Numbered from the stretch's first letter, positions 1 through 10,061 are shown. The stretch: DNA of 64,000 nt from Terriglobia bacterium (GCA_963788245.1 CAWBGF010000001.1:184470-248469), one strand, 5' to 3'. The notes: generated by a model from the sequence alone, not told the origin. A program made the numbers and translations.

Positions 1-660
1 GTGCTGTGTATCCCCGCCCGGCGATTGCAAGCCATCGTGCGGAAGTCCCGGCCGGAGCGGCACGCCGACATCGTCAACGAATTCTTGAAATGGGATGCGC
101 GCTTGACCGTCGATTCACGCCCAGGCCTGGTGTACGAGTTGTGGAGTTCGGCACTGATTGCGGCGATTTATCCGCGCGATTGGACCGGCACGGTGCAACT
201 TGAGGTGGTGTTGAAGATTCTCGAAGAGCGGCCCAATCCGAAGGCCCTTGCGGATTCGCTCGATCGTGCCGTCGCGTCCATCGAGCGGGCTATTCCGCAT
301 CGCGAGAACTGGAAATGGAGCGCGGCACACACCCTGCGGATGCAGCATCCGCTGAGCGATTTAAGCAATGCCCCGAAGCTGAATATGCCTCCCGTCGCGC
401 GGCCCGGCGATAGCAACACCGTGAACGCGGCCGGGGGACCGCGGGGGGAAGAAGGCGCATCCTATCGCCAGATTCTGGATGTGGCGGATTGGGATCGGTC
501 GGTAGTCACCAACACGCCGGGCGAGTCGGGAGATCCGCAAAGCAAACATTATCGCGATTTGCTGGAGGATTGGATTTCTGGCCGCTATCACCCGCTGCCG
601 TTTTCGCGAAAGGCGGTGGAAGCAGCAGCGGAGGAGCGCATCGTGCTGGAGCCGAAATAG
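1..660 (+). CDS. penicillin acylase/amidase (Ntn hydrolase) family protein, C-terminal part; 5' end outside window
   Basis: ORF open at base 1; the block NTPGESGDPQSKHYRDLLEDW..YHPLPF matches the conserved C-terminus of penicillin amidase family proteins. Confidence 0.7.
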   Translation: MLCIPARRLQAIVRKSRPERHADIVNEFLKWDARLTVDSRPGLVYELWSSALIAAIYPRDWTGTVQLEVVLKILEERPNPKALADSLDRAVASIERAIPHRENWKWSAAHTLRMQHPLSDLSNAPKLNMPPVARPGDSNTVNAAGGPRGEEGASYRQILDVADWDRSVVTNTPGESGDPQSKHYRDLLEDWISGRYHPLPFSRKAVEAAAEERIVLEPK

Positions 661-667
661 CCGCCGC

Positions 668-952
668 TTAGAGCTTGGCAAGCACGCGCGATGGGTTGGT
701 CCGCATCGCTTCATCGAGGGCCGCCTCTTCGGATCTCGCATCATTCCGAATCTCATCGAGATGGTCCTGGTAATAGGCGATGGCCGCGCGTACATCTGCC
801 AGGGTTATCGTCGGAAACTGCAAGACGATATCCTCCGGGCTCATTCCCTGGTGCTCATATGACTCGACGATGTCGAGCACACGAATGCGGTGGCCTGCAA
901 TACATGCCTTTCCGCCACATACGCCCGGAATCTTGACGATTCGATCCGCCAC
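668..952 (-). CDS. DUF433 domain protein (antitoxin-like, no partner gene)
   Basis: 94 aa; IVKIPGVCGGKACIAGHRIRV..DIV..Y..G.SPEDI is the DUF433 signature. Confidence 0.75.
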   Translation of the reverse strand: MADRIVKIPGVCGGKACIAGHRIRVLDIVESYEHQGMSPEDIVLQFPTITLADVRAAIAYYQDHLDEIRNDARSEEAALDEAMRTNPSRVLAKL

Positions 953-987
953 AATCCAAGTATACCCAAGCGCGATAATAAGACCAG

Positions 988-2679
988 ATGACCTCCGGGG
1001 CGACGCCTGGGTTAGCGCTTCTCTTTTTCGCTGGATCGCTGCTCATCACTGAGGTGACCCTCGCCCAGCCCACGATTGCGCTCACAGACGCGCAACGCGC
1101 GTGTTCGTCGACCCCCGCCTGGTCCACCTGCGATCTCGCCTTCGACCTCGAACCGACCGAAAACCCGGCTGCCTTGCAACTGCGCGCCGAGTTTCAATCG
1201 CCGCACCACCGCACCTACCTGATGTATGCCTTTCAAGACAGCGAGCGGCGTTTTATCATTCGTGTCGCACCAACGGAAGCGGGAACCTGGTTCTACCGGT
1301 TAACCAGCAACCTGCCGCGTCTCGATGGCAAAGAGGGCCAGTTCACCGCTAGTGAATCGGAATCGCCAGGGTTCGTTCGAGTCGCCAACGTCCATCACTT
1401 CATGACGGAAGGCAACAGCAAGCAGCATCTTTGGATGGCTACCGCGCTCGATCATTTTGCGACAATTCCCCGTGCGGAATTCGACCGCGTCGTTTCTCAA
1501 CGGGCTGAGCAAAAGTTCACGCATCTGCGGGTAACCATCGAGGCAACCGACGATCTTCGTGAAGCCGCCGATCGGTTGCGGGCGATCAATGCACACGGCA
1601 TGGTCGCCGATCTCGCCGTTGCCTCTGTTCCCCCCGATAAAACCGAGCGGCAGCGCTACCTCACTCAGGTCATCTGCCGTTTCGCGCCGATGAATTTGAC
1701 GTGGATGGGCATCCCGTCCTTCGAAGACGTCGCGCACAGCCGCACCGCGCTCAAGGAATTCAGCGACCTGCTCAAGAAATACGATCCCTACGATCATCCC
1801 CGCACCACCCTTGCATCGTTCACGTCTGCGCCGCTACTGGGCGACGGCTGGATGAACCTGCTCAGCTATGGCACGCCCGATCCCAACGTCGGCGCGGTGG
1901 AGCATCAGCTTTATCAATCGCCCGCCATCGAAACCGGCATCAAAAACGAGCGCGATCTCTGGACGGCGACCATGAACGGACAGTATCCGGCCTCGGGATC
2001 GGGCGAATACATGACCGCGTGGTTTGACTTCATGGCGGGCAATCGCTACTGGGAACTGGAACCGTACTTCGGAGTCGACGGCGGCCGCGCCATCGCTCTC
2101 GAAGGCATCGAGTACATTGTGTATGTCGATAAGCCCGGGCCGGTGGAGGTGACCGTCGAGCACCACGGCTACGATGTTGCCTGGATCAATCCCTCCAACG
2201 GCGAGCGCATCAAAGCGAAAGGTTATAATGGCGAGCATTTCACGGGTGAGGCTCCTGACAAATCGCATCCGTGGGTGCTCCACATTTCGCGCGAGGGGAC
2301 CAAAGAAGGGATGCTGAAGTCGTACAAATTCGAATCGCGGACAGTGCCGGTGCAGGAGGTCGAGCAGTCGCCGGAGAAGACGCCGTTCGAAATCGCGCTG
2401 CCGGACAAGCACGAACTTTCCATTTCGCATCCGCCCTATTTCGCGATCAAGGTCAAACGCGAATCGCGGGCAACACGCTCGCTACTGATCGAATGGAGCG
2501 CGGAAGCAGTGGTCCACGGCGAAGGGTATCGCGTGGTTGGCGTGGGTCGCGAAGGGACCATGCAAATCCCGCGGCTGATCACCGGAGAACTTCCCGCCGT
2601 CGCGACCTTGCGTATGTCGATACTCAACGCCAACGGAAAAGCCTACGTAGTGGACAAAGTCGTGAGCCTGGTTCCATGA
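988..2679 (+). CDS. secreted hypothetical protein, possibly DUF5060/DUF4038-like glycoside-hydrolase-related
   Basis: 563-aa ORF with an N-terminal signal-like hydrophobic segment; the function call is weak and rests on general resemblance only. Confidence 0.45.
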   Translation: MTSGATPGLALLFFAGSLLITEVTLAQPTIALTDAQRACSSTPAWSTCDLAFDLEPTENPAALQLRAEFQSPHHRTYLMYAFQDSERRFIIRVAPTEAGTWFYRLTSNLPRLDGKEGQFTASESESPGFVRVANVHHFMTEGNSKQHLWMATALDHFATIPRAEFDRVVSQRAEQKFTHLRVTIEATDDLREAADRLRAINAHGMVADLAVASVPPDKTERQRYLTQVICRFAPMNLTWMGIPSFEDVAHSRTALKEFSDLLKKYDPYDHPRTTLASFTSAPLLGDGWMNLLSYGTPDPNVGAVEHQLYQSPAIETGIKNERDLWTATMNGQYPASGSGEYMTAWFDFMAGNRYWELEPYFGVDGGRAIALEGIEYIVYVDKPGPVEVTVEHHGYDVAWINPSNGERIKAKGYNGEHFTGEAPDKSHPWVLHISREGTKEGMLKSYKFESRTVPVQEVEQSPEKTPFEIALPDKHELSISHPPYFAIKVKRESRATRSLLIEWSAEAVVHGEGYRVVGVGREGTMQIPRLITGELPAVATLRMSILNANGKAYVVDKVVSLVP

Positions 2680-2701
2680 GCGACGTGGCGCACGCTTTAG
2701 C

Positions 2702-3442
2702 GTGCCGTGTCGACACTCGTGTCGACACCCCGGAGTCATCGTGATTCTAGCAATCGACACCACCAGCGACTCCGCCAGCATCGCGGTCGTGGGGCAGGCG
2801 ATCTTGTCGCCTGCCAAATGCGCTGAGAACGCCACCGTCGTCGAAGAAGTCCTGCTCGAATCCCCCGACGGATTCGCGCATGTTCTGTTCGATGAAATCG
2901 ATCGGCTGCTTTCGCGGCACAACATCGCGATCGACCAGATCGACGGCTTCGCGGTCGCAGCAGGGCCCGGATCGTTCACCGGAGTTCGCGTCGGGTTGAC
3001 CGCCGCCAAGGGGCTGGCCGAAGCGACCGGACGAAAGGTAGTCGCGATCTCCAACCTCCAGGCGCTCGCATCCCTTGGCACTCTCGCCCAGCGGGCAGTC
3101 GTCATCGACGCACGCCGCGGTGAAATTTACGGCGCGGTTTATGACGCCCAACTGAATCCCGTACGCGGCGAACTTGTCATCAAGTATGATGATTGGCTTC
3201 GAACCTTGCCCGCCGGCGACCTCGAATTTATCACCACAGGTTTTCCGATTACCGGAGTCGAAAATCAGCGTGTCACGCAAGCCCCGCGCGCCTTGGCCGG
3301 GGCAATCGGGAAAATTGCAGCCTCGCGATTCGCGGCAGGGCTGGCGCAGGACCCCTCCGCCATTGATGCCAACTACGTCCGGCGGTCGGATGCCGAGGTG
3401 TTCTGGAAAGACCTTGGCGTCGCCTTAGCGCCACGCGAATAA
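2702..3442 (+). CDS. tsaB: tRNA threonylcarbamoyladenosine biosynthesis protein TsaB (true start may be GTG near 2741)
   Basis: ILAIDTT start motif and GPGSFTGVRVGLTAAKGLA motif typical of TsaB/YeaZ. Confidence 0.8.
   Translation: MPCRHSCRHPGVIVILAIDTTSDSASIAVVGQAILSPAKCAENATVVEEVLLESPDGFAHVLFDEIDRLLSRHNIAIDQIDGFAVAAGPGSFTGVRVGLTAAKGLAEATGRKVVAISNLQALASLGTLAQRAVVIDARRGEIYGAVYDAQLNPVRGELVIKYDDWLRTLPAGDLEFITTGFPITGVENQRVTQAPRALAGAIGKIAASRFAAGLAQDPSAIDANYVRRSDAEVFWKDLGVALAPRE
2791..2815. repeat. REP-like palindrome family 2 (GGGGCAGGCGATCTTGTCGCCTGCC), located inside the tsaB CDS
   Basis: Same unit recurs at 43363-43387, 45985-46009, 57288-57308 and 57327-57347. Confidence 0.85.
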
Positions 3443-3506
3443 AAGCAGTCATTATTTACATTATTTTTACAACTGTGTCTGAAACAAGACACGCGGAAGG
3501 CGCATC

Positions 3507-5390
3507 ATGGGGAAGATGATTCTCACCACTCGATATTTCGAATTGAATCGGCCATCCCGCCTCGTGCGAGCGGCGCTGAGGACCGGCCTGCTGGTGGCCG
3601 TCGCCCCCTTCCTGGCCGCGCAGGGAACTGCTCCCAATATCTACTTGCAGCACAACCTGGTGTCGGATCTTGCCGGTGTGGCGGATCACCAGGATAGGAA
3701 TCTCATCAATCCGTGGGGCAACGGGTTTGGAAACACGCCGTTCTGGATCGGAGATAACGGCACCGGCGTATCGACGCTTTACAACGGCCTCGGCGTGGCG
3801 AACAGCATTATCGTGAATATACCTTCGCCCGGCGGGGTAGCCATAGGCGGCCACGTAACGGGGGTGATGCAGAACGCTTTCTCCTCGAACACTGCCGTAT
3901 TTAATGTAGTGGCGGGTAAGGCGGCGTCATTCATGTTTTGCACCGGGGACGGCATCATCGCCGGATGGAATTCATCGGTCGATTCCACCCACGCCAAGGT
4001 GCTATTCGATAACTCTTCATCGGGTGCGAGCTATATGGGCTGTGCGCTGGGCGGAACCGCCGCGGCGCCGTTCATCTTCGCGGCCAACTTCAGCAACGGC
4101 ACGGTCGATGTTTTCGATGGCGGCTTGAACCTGAATCCGGGAGCTTTCGCCCACGCCTTCGTCGATGCGGCAATCCCCGCGGGATACGCGCCGTTTAACG
4201 TGGTGAACATCGGCGGCCAGTTGTATGTGCCCTATGCGCAGCAGAGTTCTTCAAAGAAGACCCAGGTTTTCGGGGCAGGCAACGGCTATCTGGCGATCTT
4301 CGACCTGAACGGCAATCTGATCAAGACGCTGATTTCGCAAGGCGCGCTGAATGCGCCGTGGGGATTGGCACTTGCTCCGGCAACTTTCGGACCGTTCGGC
4401 GGAGACCTGCTGGTGGGCAATCTCGGCGACGGTACCATCAATGCCTTTAGTCCCGCGACCGGGGGCCAGGTCGGCACACTGAACGGCCCCAACGGCGCGC
4501 CCATTTCGATCCAGGGGCTGTGGGCCATCGCTTTCGGAAGCGGCGCGCAGTCGGAAGATCCCGGCACTCTGTATTTCACCGCGGGACCCGGAACGCTCGG
4601 AAGCGCCAACGATCCGCTGTATTCGCACGGACTGCTCGGCAGCATCCAGGCAGTGCCTTTCTTCACCGGCACCAACGTTCTGAACGGCGGAAGTCTTCTG
4701 CCCGGTCCGATCGCGCAGGAGGAGTGGGTGACAATAAAGGGCGCCGGGCTCGCACCGACAACCGTTACTGGGCAGGCGGTTGCGGGATCGCTGCCGACGA
4801 GTCTGGCCGGCGTCGGTGTGACCGTCGGTGGCGCGCCCGCGTCTCTGTCATTCGTGAGTAGCACGCAGATCAATTTCCTGGTGCCGCCCGGCATCTCACC
4901 GGGCACGACGCAGATCCAGATCACCAACAATGGGCTCCCCAGCGCGGCGATAAACGCGACTGTGGCGTTCATGGCGCCGTCCTTCTTCACCATCGGAACG
5001 GTCGCGGCGACCGGCGATATTTATATCGCCGCTGAACACTTGAGTTACCAGATCATCGCGCCCGCGGCGTTCCTCGGCGCGAGCACAGCCACGAGTCCGG
5101 CGGCGGCGGGTGAAACCATCGTGCTGTACGGCACTGGTTTTGGAACCACGTCTGCGTTTTTTGCTGGCCCGCCCCCTCCCGTTACCTTCCCGGTGCCCCT
5201 GCCGGCCCCGACCATCGTGGTCGACGGGATTGCGGCGAACGTGACCTTTGCTGGTCTGATCGCGCCGGGCCTGTTTCAGTTCAACGTAGTGGTGCCGGTT
5301 GGGGTCACGCATGGGCAGGACGCGCTGGTAATCGCGCTGCTGGGCGATTCGATCACCCAGGCGAACGCGTACATCTCAATCGCGCCGTAG
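3507..5390 (+). CDS. TIGR03118-like secreted protein with TIGR03437-like (Solibacter C-terminal) domain
   Basis: YLQHNLVSDLAGVADHQDRNLINPWG..FWIGDNGTGVSTLYNG N-terminal block; C-terminal ..VTFAGLIAPGLFQFNVVVP block. Confidence 0.7.
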   Translation: MGKMILTTRYFELNRPSRLVRAALRTGLLVAVAPFLAAQGTAPNIYLQHNLVSDLAGVADHQDRNLINPWGNGFGNTPFWIGDNGTGVSTLYNGLGVANSIIVNIPSPGGVAIGGHVTGVMQNAFSSNTAVFNVVAGKAASFMFCTGDGIIAGWNSSVDSTHAKVLFDNSSSGASYMGCALGGTAAAPFIFAANFSNGTVDVFDGGLNLNPGAFAHAFVDAAIPAGYAPFNVVNIGGQLYVPYAQQSSSKKTQVFGAGNGYLAIFDLNGNLIKTLISQGALNAPWGLALAPATFGPFGGDLLVGNLGDGTINAFSPATGGQVGTLNGPNGAPISIQGLWAIAFGSGAQSEDPGTLYFTAGPGTLGSANDPLYSHGLLGSIQAVPFFTGTNVLNGGSLLPGPIAQEEWVTIKGAGLAPTTVTGQAVAGSLPTSLAGVGVTVGGAPASLSFVSSTQINFLVPPGISPGTTQIQITNNGLPSAAINATVAFMAPSFFTIGTVAATGDIYIAAEHLSYQIIAPAAFLGASTATSPAAAGETIVLYGTGFGTTSAFFAGPPPPVTFPVPLPAPTIVVDGIAANVTFAGLIAPGLFQFNVVVPVGVTHGQDALVIALLGDSITQANAYISIAP

Positions 5391-5394
5391 CGGT

Positions 5395-5415
5395 GGGGCA
5401 GGGCCATGCCCTGCC
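5395..5415. repeat. REP-like hairpin family 1 (GCAGGGCCATGCCCTGC core)
   Basis: Core recurs at 12125-12141, 12158-12174, 27627-27647, 43547-43567, 54327-54343 and 54362-54378. Confidence 0.85.
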
Positions 5416-5432
5416 ATTTTCCGCGAAGACAT

Positions 5433-5539
5433 TGTGGGGCCGGCAGTCATGCCGGCGAGCCGCTCTCCTGAGCGGCTTCTCTTCGTCTTGATCCAAGCCG
5501 GCCTGAAGGCCGGCTCGCCGCCCAGTGGGCGGCCCCACA
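5433..5539. repeat. composite structured element: outer stem TGTGGGGCC/GGCCCCACA enclosing four GC-rich hairpins
   Basis: Read directly: inner hairpins ccggca..tgccgg, gccgctc..gagcggc, gccggcc..ggccggc, ccgcc..ggcgg; lies between convergent genes. Confidence 0.7.
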
Positions 5540-5560
5540 TTCGCTGACTCGGCCCCATAT

Positions 5561-8428
5561 CTACTTCTCCGCGAAAGCTTCCACCGGCGGGCACGAGCAC
5601 ATCAAATTGCGATCCCCGTAAGGATTATCGATCCGTCCCACGCTCGGCCAGAACTTATGGGCTCGCACGAACGGCAGCGGATAGGCCGCCTGCTCGCGCG
5701 AGTAGACATGCGGCCATTCGTCCGCCGAAACCGCCGCCGCCGTGTGCGGGGCGTTCTTCAAAACGTTATCGCGGGCATCGGCTTTCCCGTCGATCACCGC
5801 TTGAATCTCACCCCGGATCGCGATCATCGCGTCGCAGAACCGGTCGAGCTCTTCCTTGGGCTCGCTCTCCGTGGGTTCCACCATCAAAGTGCCGGCCACC
5901 GGGAAGGAAACCGTCGGCGCGTGGAATCCGTAGTCCATCAGCCGCTTGGCGACGTCGGTTTCGTCGATGGCACTGGTCTGCTTCAATTGGCGCAGATCGA
6001 AAATCATCTCGTGCGCCACGCGGCCGTTCTCGCGCGTGTAGAGCACCGGATAATACGGCTCCAGTCGCGACTTGATGTAGTTCGCGTTGAGGATCGCGTA
6101 GCGCGTTGCGTCGGTCATGCCGTCGCCGCCGAGCATTTTCATATAACCGTAAGAGATCAGAAGAATGCTGGCGCTCGACCACGGCGCCGCCGCAATCGCC
6201 GGAATTGCGTGATCGCCGCCTGTTTTGATGACCGGATGCCCCGGCAGAAACGGCGCCAGGTGCTTCGCCACCGCGATCGGCCCCATGCCCGGTCCGCCGC
6301 CGCCGTGCGGAATGCTAAACGTCTTGTGCAGATTCAGATGGCACACGTCCGCGCCAATCGCCGCCGGAGTGGTTAAGCCCACCTGCGCGTTCATGTTCGC
6401 GCCATCCATGTAGACCTGCCCGCCGTTTTCGTGCACGATGGCGCACACGTCCTGAATGCTTTCCTCGAACACGCCGTGCGTGGAAGGGTAGGTCACCATC
6501 AACGCCGCCAGTGCATCGCGATGTTCGACCGCTTTCGCCTTCAGATCGTCGATGTCGATGTTGCCATCGCTGGTGCTCGCCACCACCACCACGCGCATCC
6601 CCGCCATCACCGCGCTGGCCGGATTGGTGCCGTGCGCCGAGGCCGGAATCAGGACCACGTCGCGACGGCTTTCACCCCAATGTTGGTGATACTTACGGAT
6701 CACCATGAGGCCCGCGAACTCGCCTTGCGATCCCGCGTTGGGTTGCAAAGAAACCGCCGCGAACCCGGTGATTTCGGCGAGGGTAGATTCTAGCTCACGA
6801 AAGATGTGCTGATAACCGGCGGCTTGCTCAACCGGCACAAACGGATGGAGTTTCGAAAACTCCGGCCAAGTGACCGGCAGCATCTCCGACGCCGCGTTCA
6901 GCTTCATGGTGCAGGATCCGAGCGGGATCATGGAGGTATCCAGGCCCACATCCTTGCGCTCGAGCGAGCGGATGTAGCGCATCATTTGCGTTTCGGAATG
7001 GTGCGAATTGAAGACGGGATGCGTCAAGAACGCGGACGTTCGCGCCAATTCCGCGGGGTAATTGAGGACCAGATCTTGGGGCGACGGATCCACCCAGACC
7101 GGTACAGCGCCGGTGACCGCCGCAAACACTTTTACGATCCGCTCAAGGTCGGCGAGGTTGGTGGTTTCATCGATGGCGACGTTGATGGCCCCATCCGGTC
7201 GATAGCGGAAATTGAGGCGCGCGTCGATCGCGGCTTGGTGAATCCGGTCTATCGAACCAGCGGGCGGCTCCAGACGCAGGGTGTCGAAGAAGAATTCATT
7301 CCGCTGCGCCACGCCGACTTTGGCGAGTTCGCGTTCCAGATGCTCGGCGTAGCCGTGGACCCGGCGCGCAATCGCAGTCAGCCCTTTCGGCCCGTGATGC
7401 ACCGCGTAAAATCCGGCGATGTTGGCGAGCAGCGCCTGGGCGGTGCAGATATTGGAGGTGGCTTTTTCCCGGCGGATGTGTTGTTCGCGGGTCTGCAGCG
7501 CCATGCGATAAGCGGTCGACCCGTGCGCATCTACCGAGACGCCGATAATGCGCCCGGGCACCTGGCGAACGCACTTTTCAGTGGTCGCGAAAAACGCCGC
7601 GTGGGGACCGCCGTAGCCCAGCGGAACTCCGAAGCGCTGGGAATTTCCGAACACCACGTCCGCGCCCATTTCGCCTGGCGGCGCAAGCAGCGCGAGGCTC
7701 AACAGATCCGAGCCGACCGCGACCATCACGCCTGAGCGCTCGGCTCGGGCGATAAAATCGCGCAGATCGTGAACGCTTCCGGCTTCGTCGGGCGTTTGCA
7801 CGATGGCGCCGTAGAACTCGCTTGTAAATGCCACCGTGTTCCAGTCGCCGATCACAAGCTCGATTCCGAGCGGCTCGGCGCGAGCTCGCATGACATCGAT
7901 GGTCTGCGGAAAACAGGTGTCACTTACAAAAAATCTGGATGCAGGACTCTTCGACACGCGATGCAGCATGGTCATGGCTTCGGCGGCGGCGGTCGCCTCA
8001 TCCAGCAGGGAAGCGTTGGCCACCTGCATTCCAGTCAGGTCGCACACCATGGTCTGAAAATTCAGGAGTCCTTCCAGGCGCCCCTGCGCGATCTCGGCCT
8101 GATAGGGAGTGTAGGGCGTGTACCAGCCCGGATTTTCCAGTACGTTGCGCAGGATCACGCTGGGTGTTACGCAATCGTAGTAGCCGAGACCGATATAGGA
8201 TTTGAAAAGCTGGTTGCGCGCCGCCACGTCGCGCAGAGCGGTTAGGTAGTCATACTCGCTCTGGCCCGGCGGCACGTTCAGCGGATGCGCGAGCCGGATT
8301 CGAGACGGAATCGCCTGATCGATCAACTCGTTGAGCGATCGCGCACCGATCGCTTTGAGCATCTCATCGCGTTCGTTTGCATCGGGACCAATATGGCGGG
8401 ACTGAAAGGATTCGGGATCAAAGGTCAT
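5561..8428 (-). CDS. gcvP: glycine dehydrogenase (decarboxylating), single-chain P protein
   Basis: 955 aa, full-length match to GcvP including the [11 protein letters not shown]-lysine region. Confidence 0.95.
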   Translation of the reverse strand: MTFDPESFQSRHIGPDANERDEMLKAIGARSLNELIDQAIPSRIRLAHPLNVPPGQSEYDYLTALRDVAARNQLFKSYIGLGYYDCVTPSVILRNVLENPGWYTPYTPYQAEIAQGRLEGLLNFQTMVCDLTGMQVANASLLDEATAAAEAMTMLHRVSKSPASRFFVSDTCFPQTIDVMRARAEPLGIELVIGDWNTVAFTSEFYGAIVQTPDEAGSVHDLRDFIARAERSGVMVAVGSDLLSLALLAPPGEMGADVVFGNSQRFGVPLGYGGPHAAFFATTEKCVRQVPGRIIGVSVDAHGSTAYRMALQTREQHIRREKATSNICTAQALLANIAGFYAVHHGPKGLTAIARRVHGYAEHLERELAKVGVAQRNEFFFDTLRLEPPAGSIDRIHQAAIDARLNFRYRPDGAINVAIDETTNLADLERIVKVFAAVTGAVPVWVDPSPQDLVLNYPAELARTSAFLTHPVFNSHHSETQMMRYIRSLERKDVGLDTSMIPLGSCTMKLNAASEMLPVTWPEFSKLHPFVPVEQAAGYQHIFRELESTLAEITGFAAVSLQPNAGSQGEFAGLMVIRKYHQHWGESRRDVVLIPASAHGTNPASAVMAGMRVVVVASTSDGNIDIDDLKAKAVEHRDALAALMVTYPSTHGVFEESIQDVCAIVHENGGQVYMDGANMNAQVGLTTPAAIGADVCHLNLHKTFSIPHGGGGPGMGPIAVAKHLAPFLPGHPVIKTGGDHAIPAIAAAPWSSASILLISYGYMKMLGGDGMTDATRYAILNANYIKSRLEPYYPVLYTRENGRVAHEMIFDLRQLKQTSAIDETDVAKRLMDYGFHAPTVSFPVAGTLMVEPTESEPKEELDRFCDAMIAIRGEIQAVIDGKADARDNVLKNAPHTAAAVSADEWPHVYSREQAAYPLPFVRAHKFWPSVGRIDNPYGDRNLMCSCPPVEAFAEK

Positions 8429-8547
8429 GGGGAAAACTTCAGTCTAACAGGGCGATCCAAACGCGTTCATTCGTTGGAGTGTGTCAGAGGAAAAAACCGG
8501 CAAGGGCCGTTCGGAATCACCCAAGACGGGGACCAACGATGACGCGG

Positions 8548-8841
8548 CTAGCGCTCTTCCAGATGCTTCAGCCGGGCGTCGATCACTTCTTCGACTCGAT
8601 GCAGTTCGGCGCGCCAAACGTCCTTGGCGTCATCGAACCTTTGATTGACGGCATCGAACCTTCGATTGACGTCATCGAACCTTTGATCGACGTCATCGAA
8701 CCTGCGATCAACGGCTGCGAACTGCGAATCCATGTGCGACCGCAGATCGCTGAGACGGGAATTGTTGATGAGGATTCCCACGAGTACGGCGAGCGTGGGA
8801 ACGCCGACGGAAAGCGCGATCTGGATAGTTTGATCGGTCAT
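8548..8841 (-). CDS. small N-terminally membrane-anchored protein with heptad repeats (paralog of 49398-49745)
   Basis: 97 aa; TM segment LAVLVGILINNSRLSDL followed by DRRFDDV/DQRFDDV/NRRFDAV/NQRFDDA repeats. Confidence 0.6.
   Translation of the reverse strand: MTDQTIQIALSVGVPTLAVLVGILINNSRLSDLRSHMDSQFAAVDRRFDDVDQRFDDVNRRFDAVNQRFDDAKDVWRAELHRVEEVIDARLKHLEER
8629..8712. repeat. 4 x 21-bp tandem repeat inside the small-protein CDS
   Basis: Units gtcatcgaacctttgattgac / ggcatcgaaccttcgattgac / gtcatcgaacctttgatcgac / gtcatcgaacctgcgatcaac. Confidence 0.9.
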
Positions 8842-8906
8842 GGCTCCCGTCTCATTGGTGCACTCTCAATGGTCCACTTCAGGATAACGCGGATTTATCC
8901 AAATAG

Positions 8907-8961
8907 TTAGAACGGAGGCCGGCGGGGGCGTCGGCCGCGGTCCAGGGGGACCGCCCCACAT
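8907..8961. repeat. partial copy of the CCGCCCCACA-type REP cluster
   Basis: Hairpins ggccg..cggcc and gcggtcc-aggg-ggaccgc, followed by CCCACAT. Confidence 0.6.
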
Positions 8962-8968
8962 CCGAGGT

Positions 8969-9649
8969 TCAGTTGGTGCCGGGCGCCTTTTGGTAGTTCT
9001 TGATGACCTTGTCGACGTAGTTCTGGGTTTCAGAATACGGCGGCAATCCCTGGTAGCGATCGACCGCGCCTTCGCCGGCATTGTAGGCGGCCAGCGCCTT
9101 TATCGCGTCATTGTTGTACTTGATCAGAAGCTCGCGCAGCAGGCGCGTGCCGGCTTCGATGTTCTGCGCGGTATCAGTGGGGTCGGCGTTGAGCGCGCGG
9201 GCGGTCGCGGGCATTAACTGCATCACGCCCAGAGCGCCCTTGGGCGAAACGGCATCGGAGCGCATCGCGGATTCGATGCGGGCTACGCTCTCGACGAATT
9301 TCGGCGGCAGACCGTAATGAACGGCGGCGTCATGCACCAGGGCTTTGGGATCGGCCGGCAGTGCAGGCTTGGCTACCGAAGCCACTGCGGTCTCCGCCGG
9401 TGCTGCCGCAAGAACGACGGGAACCACATTGGAAACGGCCTCGGGCGGAGGAACGTAGTCCTCCTGCTCAAACGCGGCCACCGAAGATACGGGAATTTCG
9501 GAGAAGCCTTCTTTGGTGAAGAGGCGAACGGTGCCGCCCTCAGTCTCATGCCGGTCGATATGCAGACGCAATCCGCTGGAAAGAATGGCGTATTCACCGG
9601 CGAAAGCCGGGACGGTTAGGAGGATAGCGAAGGCAATGCGGAAAAGCAC
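8969..9649 (-). CDS. lytic transglycosylase (SLT domain) protein
   Basis: ESAMRSDAVSPKGALGVMQLMPATA ... AYNAGEGAVDRY motifs. Confidence 0.85.
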   Translation of the reverse strand: MLFRIAFAILLTVPAFAGEYAILSSGLRLHIDRHETEGGTVRLFTKEGFSEIPVSSVAAFEQEDYVPPPEAVSNVVPVVLAAAPAETAVASVAKPALPADPKALVHDAAVHYGLPPKFVESVARIESAMRSDAVSPKGALGVMQLMPATARALNADPTDTAQNIEAGTRLLRELLIKYNNDAIKALAAYNAGEGAVDRYQGLPPYSETQNYVDKVIKNYQKAPGTN

Positions 9650-9712
9650 GAAGATACCTATTAGTCTAGACGACGACGGCCGCCCGGGCGTGCAGCCTTC
9701 TTGAACAAGCTC

Positions 9713-10012
9713 CTAGGCAACGCGCAGTTCGGCGGTACCGCGCTTGCCTGGCTTCACGACGATCTCTACATCGTGGCCCAAAGCGACCAGGAAGCGCATC
9801 AGGCGCTCGACGGAATACCCCCGGAACTGGCCTGCCAGCATCGCTGAAACCTTGGGCTGATCGATACCCATGAGCTGAGCCGCGGCCGTTTGCGTCAATC
9901 GCCGCCGCCGGATGGTCCGGTCGATCTTAACCACAAGTCCGGCCTTGACCAAGTGCTCGCCGGCGCCGGCCACGCCGAGGTCGGCGAAAACATTGCCCGA
10001 ACCGGGTTCCAT
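9713..10012 (-). CDS. XRE-family HTH protein, HigA/HTH_37-type antitoxin-like (start moved to internal Met30 of the 128-aa ORF)
   Basis: GNVFADLG..LTQTAAAQLMGIDQPKVSAMLAGQFRGYSVERLMRFLVALGHDVEIVVKP. Confidence 0.75.
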   Translation of the reverse strand: MEPGSGNVFADLGVAGAGEHLVKAGLVVKIDRTIRRRRLTQTAAAQLMGIDQPKVSAMLAGQFRGYSVERLMRFLVALGHDVEIVVKPGKRGTAELRVA

Positions 10013-10041
10013 TTCAAGAGTTCTTCTTTTCAGCGCTGGCA

Positions 10042-10061
10042 CTATGCCTATATTGGCATAG
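10042..10061. promoter_or_regulatory. candidate operator: 7-bp inverted repeat CTATGCC-N6-GGCATAG around an AT-rich hexamer, 30 bp upstream of the HTH gene
   Basis: Read directly; the position fits autoregulation by an HTH antitoxin-like protein. Confidence 0.35.

Noticed and set aside
5525-8245. Several 100-300-aa plus-strand ORFs (5525-6376, 6806-7735, 7769-8245 and others)
   Set aside because: All are antisense shadows of the well-supported gcvP gene, with Arg-rich junk composition.
8429-8547. Glycine riboswitch upstream of gcvP
   Set aside because: The 119-nt leader lacks the conserved GGAGAG...ACCGAAGGGGCAA aptamer blocks. It contains only a weak hairpin plus T-run, more likely the terminator of the upstream small gene.
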